Below, piece after piece: positions 40,839 to 54,901 of a DNA stretch of 64,000 bases. Origin of the DNA: Octopus vulgaris. Lineage: Eukaryota. Within the stretch, counting starts at the first letter, position 1, and each line of letters opens with the position of its first letter. A program made the translations under genes and the position numbers. Below the pieces are notes generated by a model. The model was not told where the DNA came from. It worked only from the letters and a program-made list of their open reading frames with translations, and ran no database searches. The stretch covers positions 6,014,001 through 6,078,000 of the forward strand of contig OX597825.1 of NCBI GenBank assembly GCA_951406725.2, written 5' to 3'.

Positions 40839-40895
<57 letters not shown>

Positions 40896-41162
40896 GCACA
40901 CACACATATATATACAACCCTCGGTCATTGGAGACCGATTAAGCGCTCAACGGATTCGAACCCATTCGCCACTCTATAACCGGAAATACAATTTAACTTC
41001 CAATAAATAAAACGTTTAGAGTGCAATAATAATTATTATTATTATTATTATAATTATTATCATTATTTCCCCCAGGTCCCTGATCCTCTGACGATAAGAC
41101 AAGATAAGACGAAGCCTGAGAGTTTTGGAAGTAAAATGTAAATAAAGAGAATCTTCTTTTAC

Positions 41163-41286
41163 CTTCTCGACTGAACACATGGATGGATCTCCCGGTGACT
41201 GTGTTCGTCAGCGACAGAATGACTTCGTCATCTAATTGGTTTAGGAGGTTACGGCAACCTTTCTTCTCCGCTCCTGTGAAATTCAT
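41163..41286 (-). CDS. C3orf38: C3orf38-like copy A, exon 1 (124 bp)
   Basis: MNFTGAEKKGCRNLLNQLDDEVILSLTNTVTGR matches human [24 protein letters not shown]. Donor G|gtaaaa, phase 1. Confidence 0.9.
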
Positions 41287-41411
41287 TGCTGGTCTTTGAA
41301 TTCCTTCAACTGAGAAACGGCAACATTCCAAAGTGAAACCAATGACATCCGGAAATATTTCCAAGAAAATGGTTGGTAAGTGGAGGTAACTCGAGATTTA
41401 AGATTGCGTTA

Positions 41412-41425
41412 GCCACCAGGTGGCA
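41412..41425. promoter_or_regulatory. CTCF-like motif upstream of copy A
   Basis: gccaccaggtggca fits CCASYAGRKGGC, about 130 bp upstream of the ATG. An ETS-like ccggaa lies at about 41349. Confidence 0.35.
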
Positions 41426-41459
41426 TCGTTTAGGTTGAAGAAAACATCTCGGACCAAAG

Positions 41460-41971
41460 GCAGGAGGAGTTGGCAGAATCGTTAGCGCACCGGGCGAAAT
41501 GCTTAGCGCTATTTCGTCTACCACTACGTCCTGAGTTCAAATTCCGCCGAGTTCAACTTTGCCTTTCATCCTTTCAGGGTCGATTAAATAAGTACAAGTT
41601 ACGCACTGGGGTCGATGTAATCGACTGAATCCGTTTGTCTGTCCGTGTTTGTCCGCTCTGTGTTTAGCCCCTTGTGGGTAGTAAAGAAATAAGTATTTCG
41701 TCTGCCGTTACGTTCTGAGTTCAAATTCCGCCGAGGTCGACTTTGCCTTTCATCCTTTCGGGGTCGATAAATTAAGTACCATTTACGCACTGGGTCGATG
41801 TAATCGACTGAATCCGTTTGTCTGTCCTTGTTTGTCCCTCTATGTTTAGCCCCTTGTGGGTAGTAAAAGAAATAGGTATTTCGTCTGCCGTTACGTTCTG
41901 AGTTCAAATTCCGCCGAGGTCGACTTTGCCTTTCATCCTTTCGGGGTCGATTAAATAAATACCAGTTACGC
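41460..41971 (+). mobile_element. SINE A multimer (one head plus three tandem body units)
   Basis: A ~185-bp unit gtatttcgtc..aaagaaatag repeats. Unit B carries only two units at about 56110-56438. Confidence 0.85.
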
Positions 41972-42344
41972 ATGTATGTATATATATATATGTGTGTGTG
42001 TGTGTGGAGGCGCAATGGCCCAGTGGTTAGGGCAGCAGGATCGCGGTTTCGATTCCCAGACGGGGCATTGTGAGTGTTTATTGAGCGAAAATACCTAAAG
42101 CCCCACGAGGTTCCGGCAGGGGGTGGTGGCGATCCCTGCTGTACTCTTTCGCCACAACTTTCTCTCACTCTGTTGGCCTGCTCGCTTAGCCAGCAGGGTG
42201 GCGTCATTTGAAGGCTAAAACAATGCGAAGCGCATTGTGACCAGCGATGTGTAGCAACATCTGATAGCCTGGTCGGTCACGGTGATATATATAGATACAC
42301 ACACACATATATATATATATACACATACACACATATACATATAA

Positions 42345-43200
42345 TAGGTAGTCCATCAGTGCCTGATGATGACAAAATCTGTGTTCTCAGCAATGAGAGT
42401 GGTCATGACCCTGCAGTACAAATCTGGAGGCACACTAGCGCCCACGGATGTCACAGCAATAGTCTGTTGACTTGATTGAGGCAGAAACTGCCCTGTGATG
42501 TCGTTTTCTTGCAGCATCAAGATTCTGTTACCGATCCTCTTCAAAGGCAGCTGCTGCTTTTGCAGTTGAGCGAACGGTCTTCGTCCCAGAGCTTGCAAGA
42601 TTGGAGAAGTCCGAAACGTGGTCCTTTGCTATTCGTAAGACCCGCAGAAGAGAAAGCAGGTTAACCCCCGACACCGAGAGCATCGACAGATGGATGAATG
42701 CGCATCCAGGCTCAGCGGTTGCGTAGGAAGTCGGGGACAAGAAACAGGGAGAAAGTTGTGGCGAAAGAGTACAACAGGGGTCACCACCACCCCTTCCAGA
42801 GCCTCGTGGAGCTTTACGTATTTTCGCTCAATAAACACAAACAACGCCTAGTCTGGGAATCGAAACCGCGAGTCCGCTGCCCTAACCATTGGGCCATTGT
42901 GCCTCCACGGCAGCTGATGCTCATGCGATGAGAGACCTCCACACTGATCTGTCGACAGCAGAGGCTTCAAGCTCATCTGCTCAAAATGCTTCTCCATTTG
43001 AGGTTACTTTTCAAAGTGTCTTTGTACCTCGGTTTAGGTTTTCCTCATTTTGCATGAGCCCTGCATGAGCTCAACACACAACCGCTGCCTGGGTGACACG
43101 GTTGTCAGTCATTCTGATGACATGGCCAGTCCAGCGTCGCTGAGCCTTCAGCAACATTGACTCAGTACTTCTTGATTCGTCACACTGTCCTGCCAGCAAA
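42345..43200 (-). mobile_element. RTE-clade LINE 3' fragment interrupted by a SINE at about 42660-42910
   Basis: ESMLLKAQRRWTGHVIRMTDNR matches the RTE post-RT motif LRWxGHxxRM. Duplicated at about 56825-57680. Confidence 0.7.
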
Positions 43201-46200
43201 TGCCCATCACCCCGTGCAGTGCCCTTGTCTGAGATTGTTCCAGCTATTTGATGTGTCAACAGTATGGGGTCCATACTAGCGCCTAGCCCCACCCACAAGA
43301 TACTAACCCTCCCTGAATGCTCCAAGGGGATATAAAAAGGAACGAACAAAAAGGCATTGGAGGGGCGATGCATACCCGACGCTCACACAAGGACAAAATA
43401 AAATATAATTTCATTTAATATATTCTCAGACGAATTCCTTTTTCAACAAAATTACATCAAGAGTTATTTCCCCTGCTTATCATTTATGTTTATGTGACAA
43501 AGGTCGGGAAAAAAACATTTTGATTCACTTGTCCGCCAATTTTGAAAATATTCAAACCAAAACAATGAATCCGAGCCACTCACCCAATGAGCATTTCTGC
43601 TAAATTTGACGAAAATCCATTCTGTCGTTTTTCAGTGATTTTGCGAACAGACAAACAGACAGACAAAGACGAGCGACTGCAATATCCTGCTTTCGCTTAC
43701 GTGCAGTATCGCCCGGCGTTGCTCGGGTTTGTAAGGGAAATAACTATACAGCATTTTTAGAGAGTTATAGCCAAAAAATAGCAAAAAAATTTATTAAAAA
43801 TGGAAAAAAAATTATGGTAATTTTTTTTTTAAATCGTTGACTCATCGTAGATATTTTTAAAGAGTTACTTCCCTTATATAATAGCGAAAAAATGGATTAA
43901 AACGGGAAATAATGATGGTAATTTTTTTTTTTAATCGTACACTCATTGTAGCCGCGCGCTAATACCCAGAAGGGCTCGATATGAATCACGACTATAAGAT
44001 ACCCGGATTTGGTTAAACTATAAGATACCCGGATTTGGTTAAACTTTTTGTAAGCCCAGTACTTATTCTATCGGGGTCGATAAATTAAGTACCAGTTGCG
44101 CACTGGGGTCGATGTAATCGACTTAATCCCTTTGTCTGTCCTTGTTTGTCCTCTCTGTGTTTAGCCCCCTTGTGGGTAGTAAAGAAATATATATATTTTG
44201 TGCTTACTAACACAGCAAGTGCATATGAGAGACTATCTCCGGATGAACACAACAGTAAATTTGCCCTTTCACTATGTATCTACACAAAAAATATGGTAAA
44301 CAGGTGTTTCTATTTAAAGTTAATTCTGCTTTTTTTGCTGATCACGAATTAATAATGGCAATGTTTCGCTCGCTGCTCTTTCTTAACGAAACTGCAGATT
44401 GGCCGTTGCATCCATATAATTCTTCTTCCTTCGTGTTGTGTTTGAAACAATTTCGAAATCAAAAATGGAAATTGTAAGTATAGCTGATGCCAGTGCCGCC
44501 TGACTGGCTCCCGTGCTGGTGACATGCAATAAACACCATTCATGCGTGGGTCGTTGTCAGTGCCGCGAGACTGGCTCCCCGTGCCGCTGTCACGTAAAAC
44601 GCACCATCCGAACGTCGTCGATGCCAGTACCCCACTCCGACTTGCTCCTGTGCCAGTGACACGTCAAAAGTACCATCCGAACGTGACCGATGCTAGTGCC
44701 GCCTGACTAGCTCCTGTGTCGGTGGCACGTAAAAAGCACCCACTACAATATCGAAATGGTTGGTGTTAGGAAGGGCATCCAGCTGTAGAAACATTGCCAG
44801 ATCAGATTGGAGCCTTGTGCGGCCTCCTGGTTTTCCAGTCCTCAGTCAAACCATCCAACCCATACCAGCATGGAAAACGGACGTTAAATGATGATGATGA
44901 TGTGGTGAGATGCTTGATTCTGAGTTCAGTTTCACTTTGCTTGGCACCTTGAGCAAGTATCTTCTACTACAGGCTCAGGCCGACCAAAGTGGGATTTGGT
45001 AGACGGAAACTAAAAGAAGCCCGTCACGCGCACACAAAGGGGAGAAACAAGGACAGACAAACGGATTAAGTCGATTATATCGACCCCAGTGCGTAACTGG
45101 TACTTATTTAATCCACTCCGAAGGATAAAAGGCAAAGTCGACCTCGGCGGAATTTGAACTCAGAACGTAACGGCAGACGATATACGGCTACGCATTTCGC
45201 CTGGCGTGCTAACGGTTCTGCCAACGCGCCGCCTTCTGTCCATTATTATTATTAAAAGTTTGAAGTTGATGCCGAGATGGCGGAGTTATTTATAAATACC
45301 TATTTCTTTACTACCCACAAGTGGCTAAACACAGAGAGGACAAACAAGGACAGACAAACGGATTAAGTCGATTACCTCGACCCCAGTGCGTAACTGGTAC
45401 TTATTTAATCGACCCCGAAAGGATGAAAGGCAAAGTCGACCTCGGCGGAATTTGAACTCAGAACGTAAAGACAGACGAAATACCGCTAAGAATTTTGCCC
45501 GGCGTGCTAACCTTTCTGCCAGCTCGTCTTAGAAGTAAATATAACACAATAGATGCATGTGGAAATCGTGCCTTTTGGATAACAGTAACTTTGCAGTATT
45601 TGTTCTGATTCTTAACGTTCTAAGTTCAAATCCCGCCGAGATCGAATTTATATTTAGTTCCTTCCTGATCGATAAAATATGGGACCAGACAAATACTGAG
45701 ATCGATTAATATCACCTGCCCTCTCCTCAAAACAGTCGCGCATGTGTCTATATCAGAAACCATTATTACAAGTTGGAAGACGAGCTGGTACGTGCCTTGC
45801 AGTGGCACCTTGCTGGAATATCTTCTGGCTCTCTGTCTTCTAAGTCCAAATTCCGCTCAATCGACTTTACCGTTCGTCCTTTCCTGGTCGATAAAATAAA
45901 CTACCTTTGAGCATTGAGATGCCACGACTAGAAAGAATAAACGGAAATCGAAAAAGGATTTTGTAAGGGACATAACTAATTGCATATTAATATTGAATTA
46001 TTTCCCTTAGATATTTATCAGCAGAAGCTTGTTGCATGACGTGATGTTAGTACATCTGTCTCGGCTTCATACGTTGTTCTTTTGCTTTTCTTTTACCTGC
46101 TTCAGTAATTTGACTGCGGCCATGCTGGAGCACCGCCTTTTAGTCGAAGGAATCGATCCCACGACTTATTCTTTGTAAGCCTGGTACTTATTCTATCGGT

Positions 46201-46476
46201 CTCTTTTGCCCAACAGCTAAGCTACGGGAATGTAAACACACCAACGTCGGTTGTCACGCGATGGTGGGAGACAAACACAGACACACAAATATATACATAT
46301 ATATATAATCGCCGTGATAGATCGGTGGCCACTACACATTTTTTTCTGAGTCCCTTTCTGTAGAAGAGCATAGGCTTGAAACGTAAAAGACTTTTTCTAT
46401 TCCTGAGCGTTATACTAATACATCTGTTTGTTTTGTACACCACCTGTCTTCGTCTTTTGTTTTTCTCATAAACTCT

Positions 46477-46519
<43 letters not shown>

Positions 46520-47683
46520 CATACATACATACATACATACATACACGACGGGCTTCTTTCAGTTTTCGTCTACCAAATCCACTCACAGCTATAGTTGAAG
46601 ACACTTGCCCGAGGTGCCACGCAGTGGGACTGACCCCGGAACCGTGTGGTTTCGAAGCAAGCTTCTTACCACACAGCCTCCACAAAAACATATCAGGCCG
46701 TCGGGAAATACTACCTTGCTTGAAAATAAATGAAGGTTGATGACAGGAACAACATCTGACTTAGAAAATCTTCCTCAATAAATTCCATCTGATCCATGCA
46801 AGCAAGGAAAAGAAGACATTAAAATGATGATGATGACGACGGTGGCAGCATAAAATGGTAGATATATATATATATATATGTTTGACTCAACCAGCGTGAG
46901 TTTCTCTACATTTCCATGACTTAGCAGTTTGGCAAAAAAGAAACTGATAGAATATGTATCAGATTTGAAACAAGAACTGGAGCAGTGGCACCATGATCGA
47001 AATCCAAAGACTGAAACGAACAGAAGCATAAAAGAATATGAGACTCTGTCGTGGAAAAGTTAGTTCCATCCACAATCTTGCTTGGATTCACCTGTTCTCG
47101 GTGTTTAAACATGGCGACGCTATTAGGAAATTAACTTCTCAACCAGATGGTCTCAGGTTCGGTTCCACAAAGGTGGTGAGCTGGCAGAATCGTTAGCACG
47201 CCGGACGAAGTGCTTAGCTGTATTTTGTCTGCCGTTATTTTGTCTGAGTTCAAATTTTGCCGAGGTCGACTTTGCCTTTCATCCTTTCGGGGTCGATAAA
47301 TTAAGTACCAGTTACACACTGGGGTCGATATAATCGACTTAATCCGTTTGTCTGTCCTTGTTTGTCTCCTCTGTGTTTAGCCCCTTGTGGGCAGTAAAGA
47401 AATAGGTTCAGTTCCACTGCACAGTATTTTAAGCAAGTGTCTCCAACAGTATTCCAGCATTAACCAAGAGTAATTTAAGTCAATCTGGAAGACAGAAACT
47501 GTATGAAGCCTATTGTATGTGTGTGTTGAATCATCGTCGTCGTTGTCATTATCATCATAACCATTTAATGTTTGTCTTCTATGCTAGATGGGTTGAAACA
47601 GTCTGACAGGATCCAAAGAAGAGCTGGAGGACAGCATCCCACTCCAATGCCTGCTTTGGTATGATTTCTGTGGCTGGATATTC

Positions 47684-48352
47684 GGGACTAATGCAGTTTC
47701 GCACCTCTCCTCGAAAAATGCATTTTTTTCGAAAAAATATTTTTCAGATTCCTGTTTTACATGTCGGAGATTACAAACATGCAAAAAACCCCAAAAATGT
47801 TTTTGTCTGGATTTAATTTCGATTTGCATATGTTAGTCAGTTCACTATGATCTCTTTAAAGTAAACAAAATCAAAACTTTTAGGGGGGATGGGGGGGGGG
47901 TAAAATTTTGAAAATTTCTTTTTTTGCATATTCGTTTGTAATCTACAATATCTAAAACGTAAGAATCAGAAAAATTTTATTTTTTAAAAATTGCATTTTT
48001 CAAGGAGAGGTGGGTTGTCAACTAAAGGTGACGCTCCTATAGAAGACTGTGTTACTGTTGTTTTTAGCCCCAGGAAGACATTCAGGTCTATCTCTTTATA
48101 CACCTATCTATATGCATATTGAATTTAAAATTAAGAAAAATTGGTTTCTTGCATATCTGGAATCTCCGTCATCTAAAACACACCGGAAAAACAATTTCAA
48201 AAGAGTTCTAAATTTCAGGGTGGGGGTTGGAGGGGAGTTGAATTTTTTTTTTCATATTCATAATCTCTGACATCTAAAACGTAGGAATCTGCAAAAAAAT
48301 ATTTTCAAAAAAATGCATTTTTCAAAGAGAGGTGCAAAGCTGTATTAGTCCC
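47684..48352. mobile_element. MITE with TSD GGATATTC (unit B copy)
   Basis: Same TIRs and TSD as 33828-34497. Confidence 0.85.
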
Positions 48353-49244
48353 GGATATTCTTTCCGACTTTACAGAAGGTAATGGATACTTGTTTTTTAT
48401 TTTTTTTTTTTTTCATAGTACCATCACTGGTGAAGTTTCCAAGTAACTTGGAAGACAAGGAAAAAGTCCCTTTGATTGAGTGGAACTGTGGTAAAGAAAG
48501 AGTTCACTTTATGCTACATGTCGAGAGGGACAGCCACATGGACATCCAGTTGTAAAAACCATGCCAAAACATACATGAAAATATATCTGGAAATGAGGAA
48601 AAATTATCTCTATTGGAAACAGGTGAGTGAGTGTGAATAACAGGAAAGGTATCTCATCATCATCATCGTTTAACGTCCATTTTCCATGCTAGCACGGGTT
48701 GGACGGTTCGACCGGGGTCTGGGAAGCTAGGAGGCTGCACCCACCAGGCTCCAGTCTGATCTGGCAGTGTTTCTACAGCGGGATGCCCTTCCTAACGCCA
48801 ACCACTCCGTGAGTGTAGTGGGTGCTTTTTATGTGCCAGGGGAGGCTGGCAGTGGCCATGATCGGTTGGTGCTTTTTACGTGCCACCAGCACGGAGGCCA
48901 GTCAAGGCGGCGCTGGCAGCGGCCACGTTCGGATGGATCTTTTACGTGCCACCAGCACTGGTATCACAACTGCAATTTCCATTGATTTTTGATCTGCTTC
49001 AACAAATTCTGTGTCACCCATTCAAGCATGGAAAAGTAAATGCCTAATGATGATGATGATGATGATGAAGATGATGATGAAATAGAAGAAAATGTGAAAA
49101 GCAGAAAACATTTAGTTTGATGTTCAATGAAGCATTTATTAGAAGTCTCAATGGATAATTTTAATATGGAATAATTTCCTTGCATATAATATCAATTTTA
49201 GTCATAAACAAAATGATTTTTGCTTTTGTTTTTTTGGTTTCTTT

Positions 49245-49721
49245 CTACTCGTCCACAAGCATCTCAGAATCTTGGTTGTCTAATGGCACTCTGGCAACTT
49301 TTAGTGAAGCACACGTTATCTTCCAGTTGATTCCTAACGTAGGATCCCTGAGCAAATCAAACTTCTGTTCGAAATCTCCCAAGACATGATCCCCTTTGTG
49401 AACCCTACCGTGAACCGTGACACTCACAATACCAAAACTCACAACTTGACTCGTAACACCACCACCGGTGATGTTGGCATTGAAATACAAGTTCTCTTTG
49501 TTCACTAATCTTTTTAGTCTACATGCGACCAGATCAGCACCCTCTGTCCTTTCTTCGTTTCTCACTTCAGATATCAACAGTAAATGTAAGGAACATTGGG
49601 GCCAAAACTGATCTTTCAAACCAGATTCAGTTCCTGAGTTAAACAATTTATAAAACTTAGATGCAAATGTTTCGCCAAATTTCACATCACTAGTAGAAAG
49701 AAGGCGGGTTTCTGGTTCTGC
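49245..49721 (-). CDS. C3orf38: C3orf38-like copy B, exon 3 (open, 158 aa plus stop)
   Basis: ttctag|GCA. ORF 49245-49685 of the track lies within it. It has CAG where copy A has TAG and ends DSEMLVDE*. Confidence 0.9.
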   Translation of the reverse strand, partial: AEPETRLLSTSDVKFGETFASKFYKLFNSGTESGLKDQFWPQCSLHLLLISEVRNEERTEGADLVACRLKRLVNKENLYFNANITGGGVTSQVVSFGIVSVTVHGRVHKGDHVLGDFEQKFDLLRDPTLGINWKITCASLKVARVPLDNQDSEMLVDE

Positions 49722-49825
49722 CTAGAAATAAAAACAAAAAGAGAAATATCAAGAGAAATATCAGGGTGTATAGACTGGATAAGACAGTGCATATAGTCAG
49801 AGTGAGTCAGTGTATAGGATGAGAC

Positions 49826-49890
<65 letters not shown>

Positions 49891-50419
49891 AGGCGCAATG
49901 GCCCAGTGGTTAGGGCAGCAGACTCGTGGTTGTAGGATCGCAGTTTCGATTCCCAGACCGGACGTTGTGAGTGTTTATTGAGCGAAAACACCTAAAAGCT
50001 CCACGAGGCTCCAACAGGGGGTGGTGGCGATCTCAACTGTACTCTTTCGCCGCAACTTTCTCTCACACTTTCTTCTGTTGGCCTGCCCGCTTAGCCAGCG
50101 GGGTGGCGCCATTTGAAGGCTAAGACAATGCGAAGCGCATTGTGACCAGCAATGTGTAGCAACATCTGATAGCCCGGTCGGTCACGGTGATCACGGTTAT
50201 ACATATATATATATATATTGCTAGTCCCTTCTGGAATGGTTGGCATTAGGAAGGGCATCCAGCTGTAGAAACATAGCCAGATCAGATTGGAGTCTGGTGC
50301 AGCCTCCTGGCTTCCCAAACCCCAGTTGAACCGTCCAACCCATGCCAACATGGAAAACGGACATTAAACGATGATGATATATATATATGTGTGTGTGTGT
50401 ATATATATATTCACACACA

Positions 50420-50793
50420 CATAAATATGTAATGGAGTCTGTCTGTCTGTCTGTGTGTTTGGAGTTACTCTAACTCCTCCCACACCATCCAACCGATTTT
50501 AATGATTTTTGGCACATAGGTAAATTACATACCCTGAAGTTCAAATGAGACCAGAATTTTTCAAAAACTCACAAATGCTCAGGTGGCATCGATTTTTCTG
50601 AGCTCAATCAGGTGTTTGAGTGGAAATTCCCATAACTATGTTATTTTTTCCTGCAGCTTTTGCATATTTTCACATATAAAATTTCAACAACATCAATAGA
50701 ATAGTCTCTGAGGAAATGATTATTCAATACAAGGTTAGAGGTGGGTTTAACTTCAACACGGTAAACACAAGCAATGCCAGGTCCAACAGCTAG
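50420..50793 (+). mobile_element. non-autonomous Helitron-like element (unit B only)
   Basis: 5' (gtct)n tract, ccaaccgattttaatgatttttgg, and 3' end cagCTAG|t. Confidence 0.55.
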
Positions 50794-50800
50794 TATATAA

Positions 50801-50890
<90 letters not shown>

Positions 50891-51297
50891 CATAATAGTT
50901 TAGGGAAAAAACTATTGGGTTCATATCTAGCGTGAACTCGTCATCTCTTCAGTTTTTCTAAACAATAACTGCCCTCTGCAAAGAATGTTTTTTTTTTTAA
51001 ATACAAGAACACCAGTGATAGTTCAGGAAATATTCCTTGGTTATCATTTAGAAAAATTGAAGAGGTGTCTAGTTCACACTAGATATGAAACCAATGGGTT
51101 TTTTTTTCTAAACTATTACATTACATATACAAAAATAAACAACTACTCTATATTTTATAGGTATGCTCTTCTGATTTATGATATTGTAACAATATATATA
51201 TATAAAAGACTTTTTCTATTCCTGAGCGCTATACTAATACATTTGTTTGTTTATACTCCACCTGCCTTCGTCTTTTGTTTATTTTCGTAAAATTTCC

Positions 51298-51338
<41 letters not shown>

Positions 51339-51387
51339 CGTCCAACCCATGCTAGCATGGAAAACGGATATTAAATGATGATGATGA

Positions 51388-51449
<62 letters not shown>

Positions 51450-52476
51450 GAGGCGCAATGGCCCAGTGGTTAGGGCAGTGGACTCACATGTGTGTATGTA
51501 TATATGTATGTATGTACACATGTATGTTTGTATGTATGTATGTAGAGAGAGAGAGAGTGAGAATGAGACACAGTGTACCCAGTCAAGTTGAGAAAGTTAT
51601 ATATTGTAGGTAGGACAATGCTGAACACGTATGATATTTGACTGAAAAGAGGAAGTTTTCGATGAGTAATTGCAAGGAATGTGAATTACAGAGCTGTAAA
51701 AAAAAAAGTGACAGCAAGTGCAAATGTTTCCTGCACAAATGTGAGCACTGCTTACAGAGCCATCTTCATTGGAAATTAAAAGCATAGGAGAATTCTACAA
51801 AGATGGTGGATAATCTTGTGTTTCTGGGTGAAAAAGACCAAATGAATTTCAGGAGAGGAAAGAATTTGCAGGATGTTTGCTTTGCAGATGGCAGTTTTGA
51901 AGGTATTTTAAAACTGGGTAAATACTATCCAGTTGGTGACAGTCAGGACTTTCCTCTAGGTATTGCTGTTCACTAGTACAGGTAATATCACACCTGTGTG
52001 TGGAGCACCTGGAAAATTGGGTTGTTATGTAGTTTTGTTGTGTATGGGATGTGAAAGAAACACATTAAAGTCATGTGCTTAGCTGTCTTAGATGGATCAA
52101 GGGTGAAACGGATCTAGTGCCAGAGACAGCTTGCAAAACTCTGGGGGAGCTCATAAATAGTTTGATGAATTGAAGTATCTCGTAGAGTTTAGGAGGTAGG
52201 ATGTGTTGTACACTAGGCTGAGGTATGATGAATAGTCTTGATTAGGTAGCTGACAGTCAATCATTTAACAAAGAAGGAAGATAGAGAGCTGATGGATCTG
52301 TCAATGTACCAGACAAAATACTAAGCCACTGAGGCTAACTTTGCCTCACAAGGTCAATAAAATAATTACCAATGGAGCGCTGGGCTTAATGTAATTGACT
52401 TAGCCCTCTCCTGAAAATTGCTGATCTTCATCCAAAGTTAGAGAAAAGTTTGAAAAAGAAAAGGTCAGAAAATTAC

Positions 52477-52700
52477 CAAATGGGTTTGCTCCCTGGGTGG
52501 GGATTGGACTGCAGGATAAGAAATCCTTTCTCCAGACCAATATTCTAAAATTCGAGAAATTAAATCCTGTTTTGTTGAACTACCAGACACTGAAACTTGT
52601 TGACTGAAAAGATACTGCTTCAGGCAATATCGTGTGATTTTCTGTCGGCTCAAAAGTTCACTCGCTGACATAGAAAACGAGAGGATGGCATCAATAGCTT
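52477..52700 (-). CDS. C3orf38: C3orf38-like copy B, exon 2 (224 bp)
   Basis: Same splice sites as copy A, with 5 substitutions seen. Confidence 0.9.
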
Positions 52701-54663
52701 CTGCAATGGAAACGAAAATAAATAAATCACATTTGCGTTAATTACAGAAAAATTGTTCTGTTATTCATTTATATTATTTTCTTCCTTTCCAGTGAGACGT
52801 AGAAAGGAACCTGAAATTGTTATATCTTAGACAACAAAGGGTTTCATCATCATTTAATGTCCGCTTTCCATGCTAGCACGGGTTGGATGATTTGACTGAG
52901 GTCTGGAGAACCAGATGGCTGCACCAGACTCCAATCTTGATCTGGCAGAGTTTCTACAGCTGGATGCCCTTCTTGACGCCAACCACTCCAAGAGTGTAGT
53001 GGGTGCTTTTACGTCCCACCGGCACAGGGGCCAGTTTGGTAGTACTGGCAACGGCCATGCCCAAATGGTGCTTTTTACGTACCACCTGCACAGGAGCCAG
53101 TCCAGCAGCACTGGTGACACCTTTGCTCAAATGTTTCAAATGCCACTAGCACAAGTGTTAGTAAGACGACAGGGTAACGATCACACTCGAATGGTACTCT
53201 TAGCGTTTCATTAGCAACGGATGCCAGTCACTGAGTTTGATTTCGACCTTGATTTCACTTGCCTCAACAATTGAAAGAAACGCAGAGCATCTCAAAATAA
53301 ATATGGTAACGAAAGGGTTAACTACTGCATATCTGGGACAACATAATCCAACGTGTCAAACTGTCAAGAAAGTAGGATGTAATTTGAGGGAGATTTAGCT
53401 GTTACATCTAGTGGGTTAAACGACCATATGCAGGCTCTTGTATTTGTGTAAGAACTGTAAAGCTGTATGGTAAAGGCGTAAAAGTCTTATGTGCAAATGA
53501 CTACACACTCGGAGTGGTTGGCGTTAGGAAGGGCATCCAGCTGTAGAAACACTGCCAGATCAGACTGGAGCCTAGTGGGCGCAACCTCCTGGTTTCCCAG
53601 ACGCCGCTCGAACAGTCCAACCTGTGCTAGCACGGAAAACGGACGATGATGATGATGTACAGAGGCAGGAATGAAAATTTGGTGGATACATACAATGGAA
53701 AAATTGAACCAATATATTTTTCCACATAAATTCCATGCCATATATTATAGGATGCATAGCCTAGCAGTTAGTGTAAGGCATTCACGCTTGGCCACACCCC
53801 ACTTGTTTTTTTTTTACAGAAACCCACATTTTCAGCTACGGAGATTACGAATTTGTAAATAAATTTTTCTATTTCAAAACTTAATTTCCCCACCCCCACC
53901 CCACCCTCCTCTCTTTCACTTTAAAACGAAAGTAAATAAATAAAAGATTTTCATGGAAATTGAAGAACAAAACAGTGGATCCGGATAAAAGTTCGTTGAC
54001 AACTTTGCGAGTTAAAACGAAACAGCAGAATTTATTTTTAATTTCAATTATTTCAACAAAAAAAACAAAAAAAAACACAGTAGCCCCTCGCGAATGTACG
54101 GATGTTTTTAAACCCTTTCGTTTATTGCACATGCGTCAGGGTTTTACACTCTGCGCATTAAACAGGCTTTCACATGCTAGAAATAACAGCCAAATCTCCG
54201 ACGGCAACTCCACGCACTTTGTAGGCATTCCTACACAAGTGTGCCCCCTGCAATTTGTTTCCTCGTAACTTTCAGAAGAATGGATATTTTTTAATAAAAC
54301 TTTCAACATATATTCTTAATACGGTGTAGATTCCGATTATATCGGAATTTGTTTGGGAAAAAGTTTTCCGAACAGAGGGGAGCGGAGTTTCGAAAAATTC
54401 CCATATCGGCTTTGTTTCTTCGCCTATGCCAAAACGAAAGCTCGGTTATGCTTCAGACAATGTAGGTTTTGATTATATAGGAATTTGTTGGGGGCAAAAA
54501 ATGCCGTAAAATAACGAAAGAAAGGTGGACAGATGCGATTAAAATAACGAAAGAAATATGTTATCAAACATCCAAACGGCTGCTTCATAAATGACATAAA
54601 CAAATTCTGTATAACCGTAGTTTTTCGCCAATACCTTACAAGCAACACGCACACACATTCACT

Positions 54664-54785
<122 letters not shown>

Positions 54786-54839
54786 TATATGTGTATATAT
54801 ATATATGTATATATATATACACACATATATATATGTGTG

Positions 54840-54901
<62 letters not shown>

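Noticed and set aside
40917-40985. B-box GGTTCGAATCC on the minus strand in intron 1 (also at about 55600)
   Set aside because: No A-box or cloverleaf could be built.
41287-41364. N-terminal extension of the copy A exon 1 ORF in the track
   Set aside because: Non-ATG start; homology to C3orf38 begins at the ATG at 41286.
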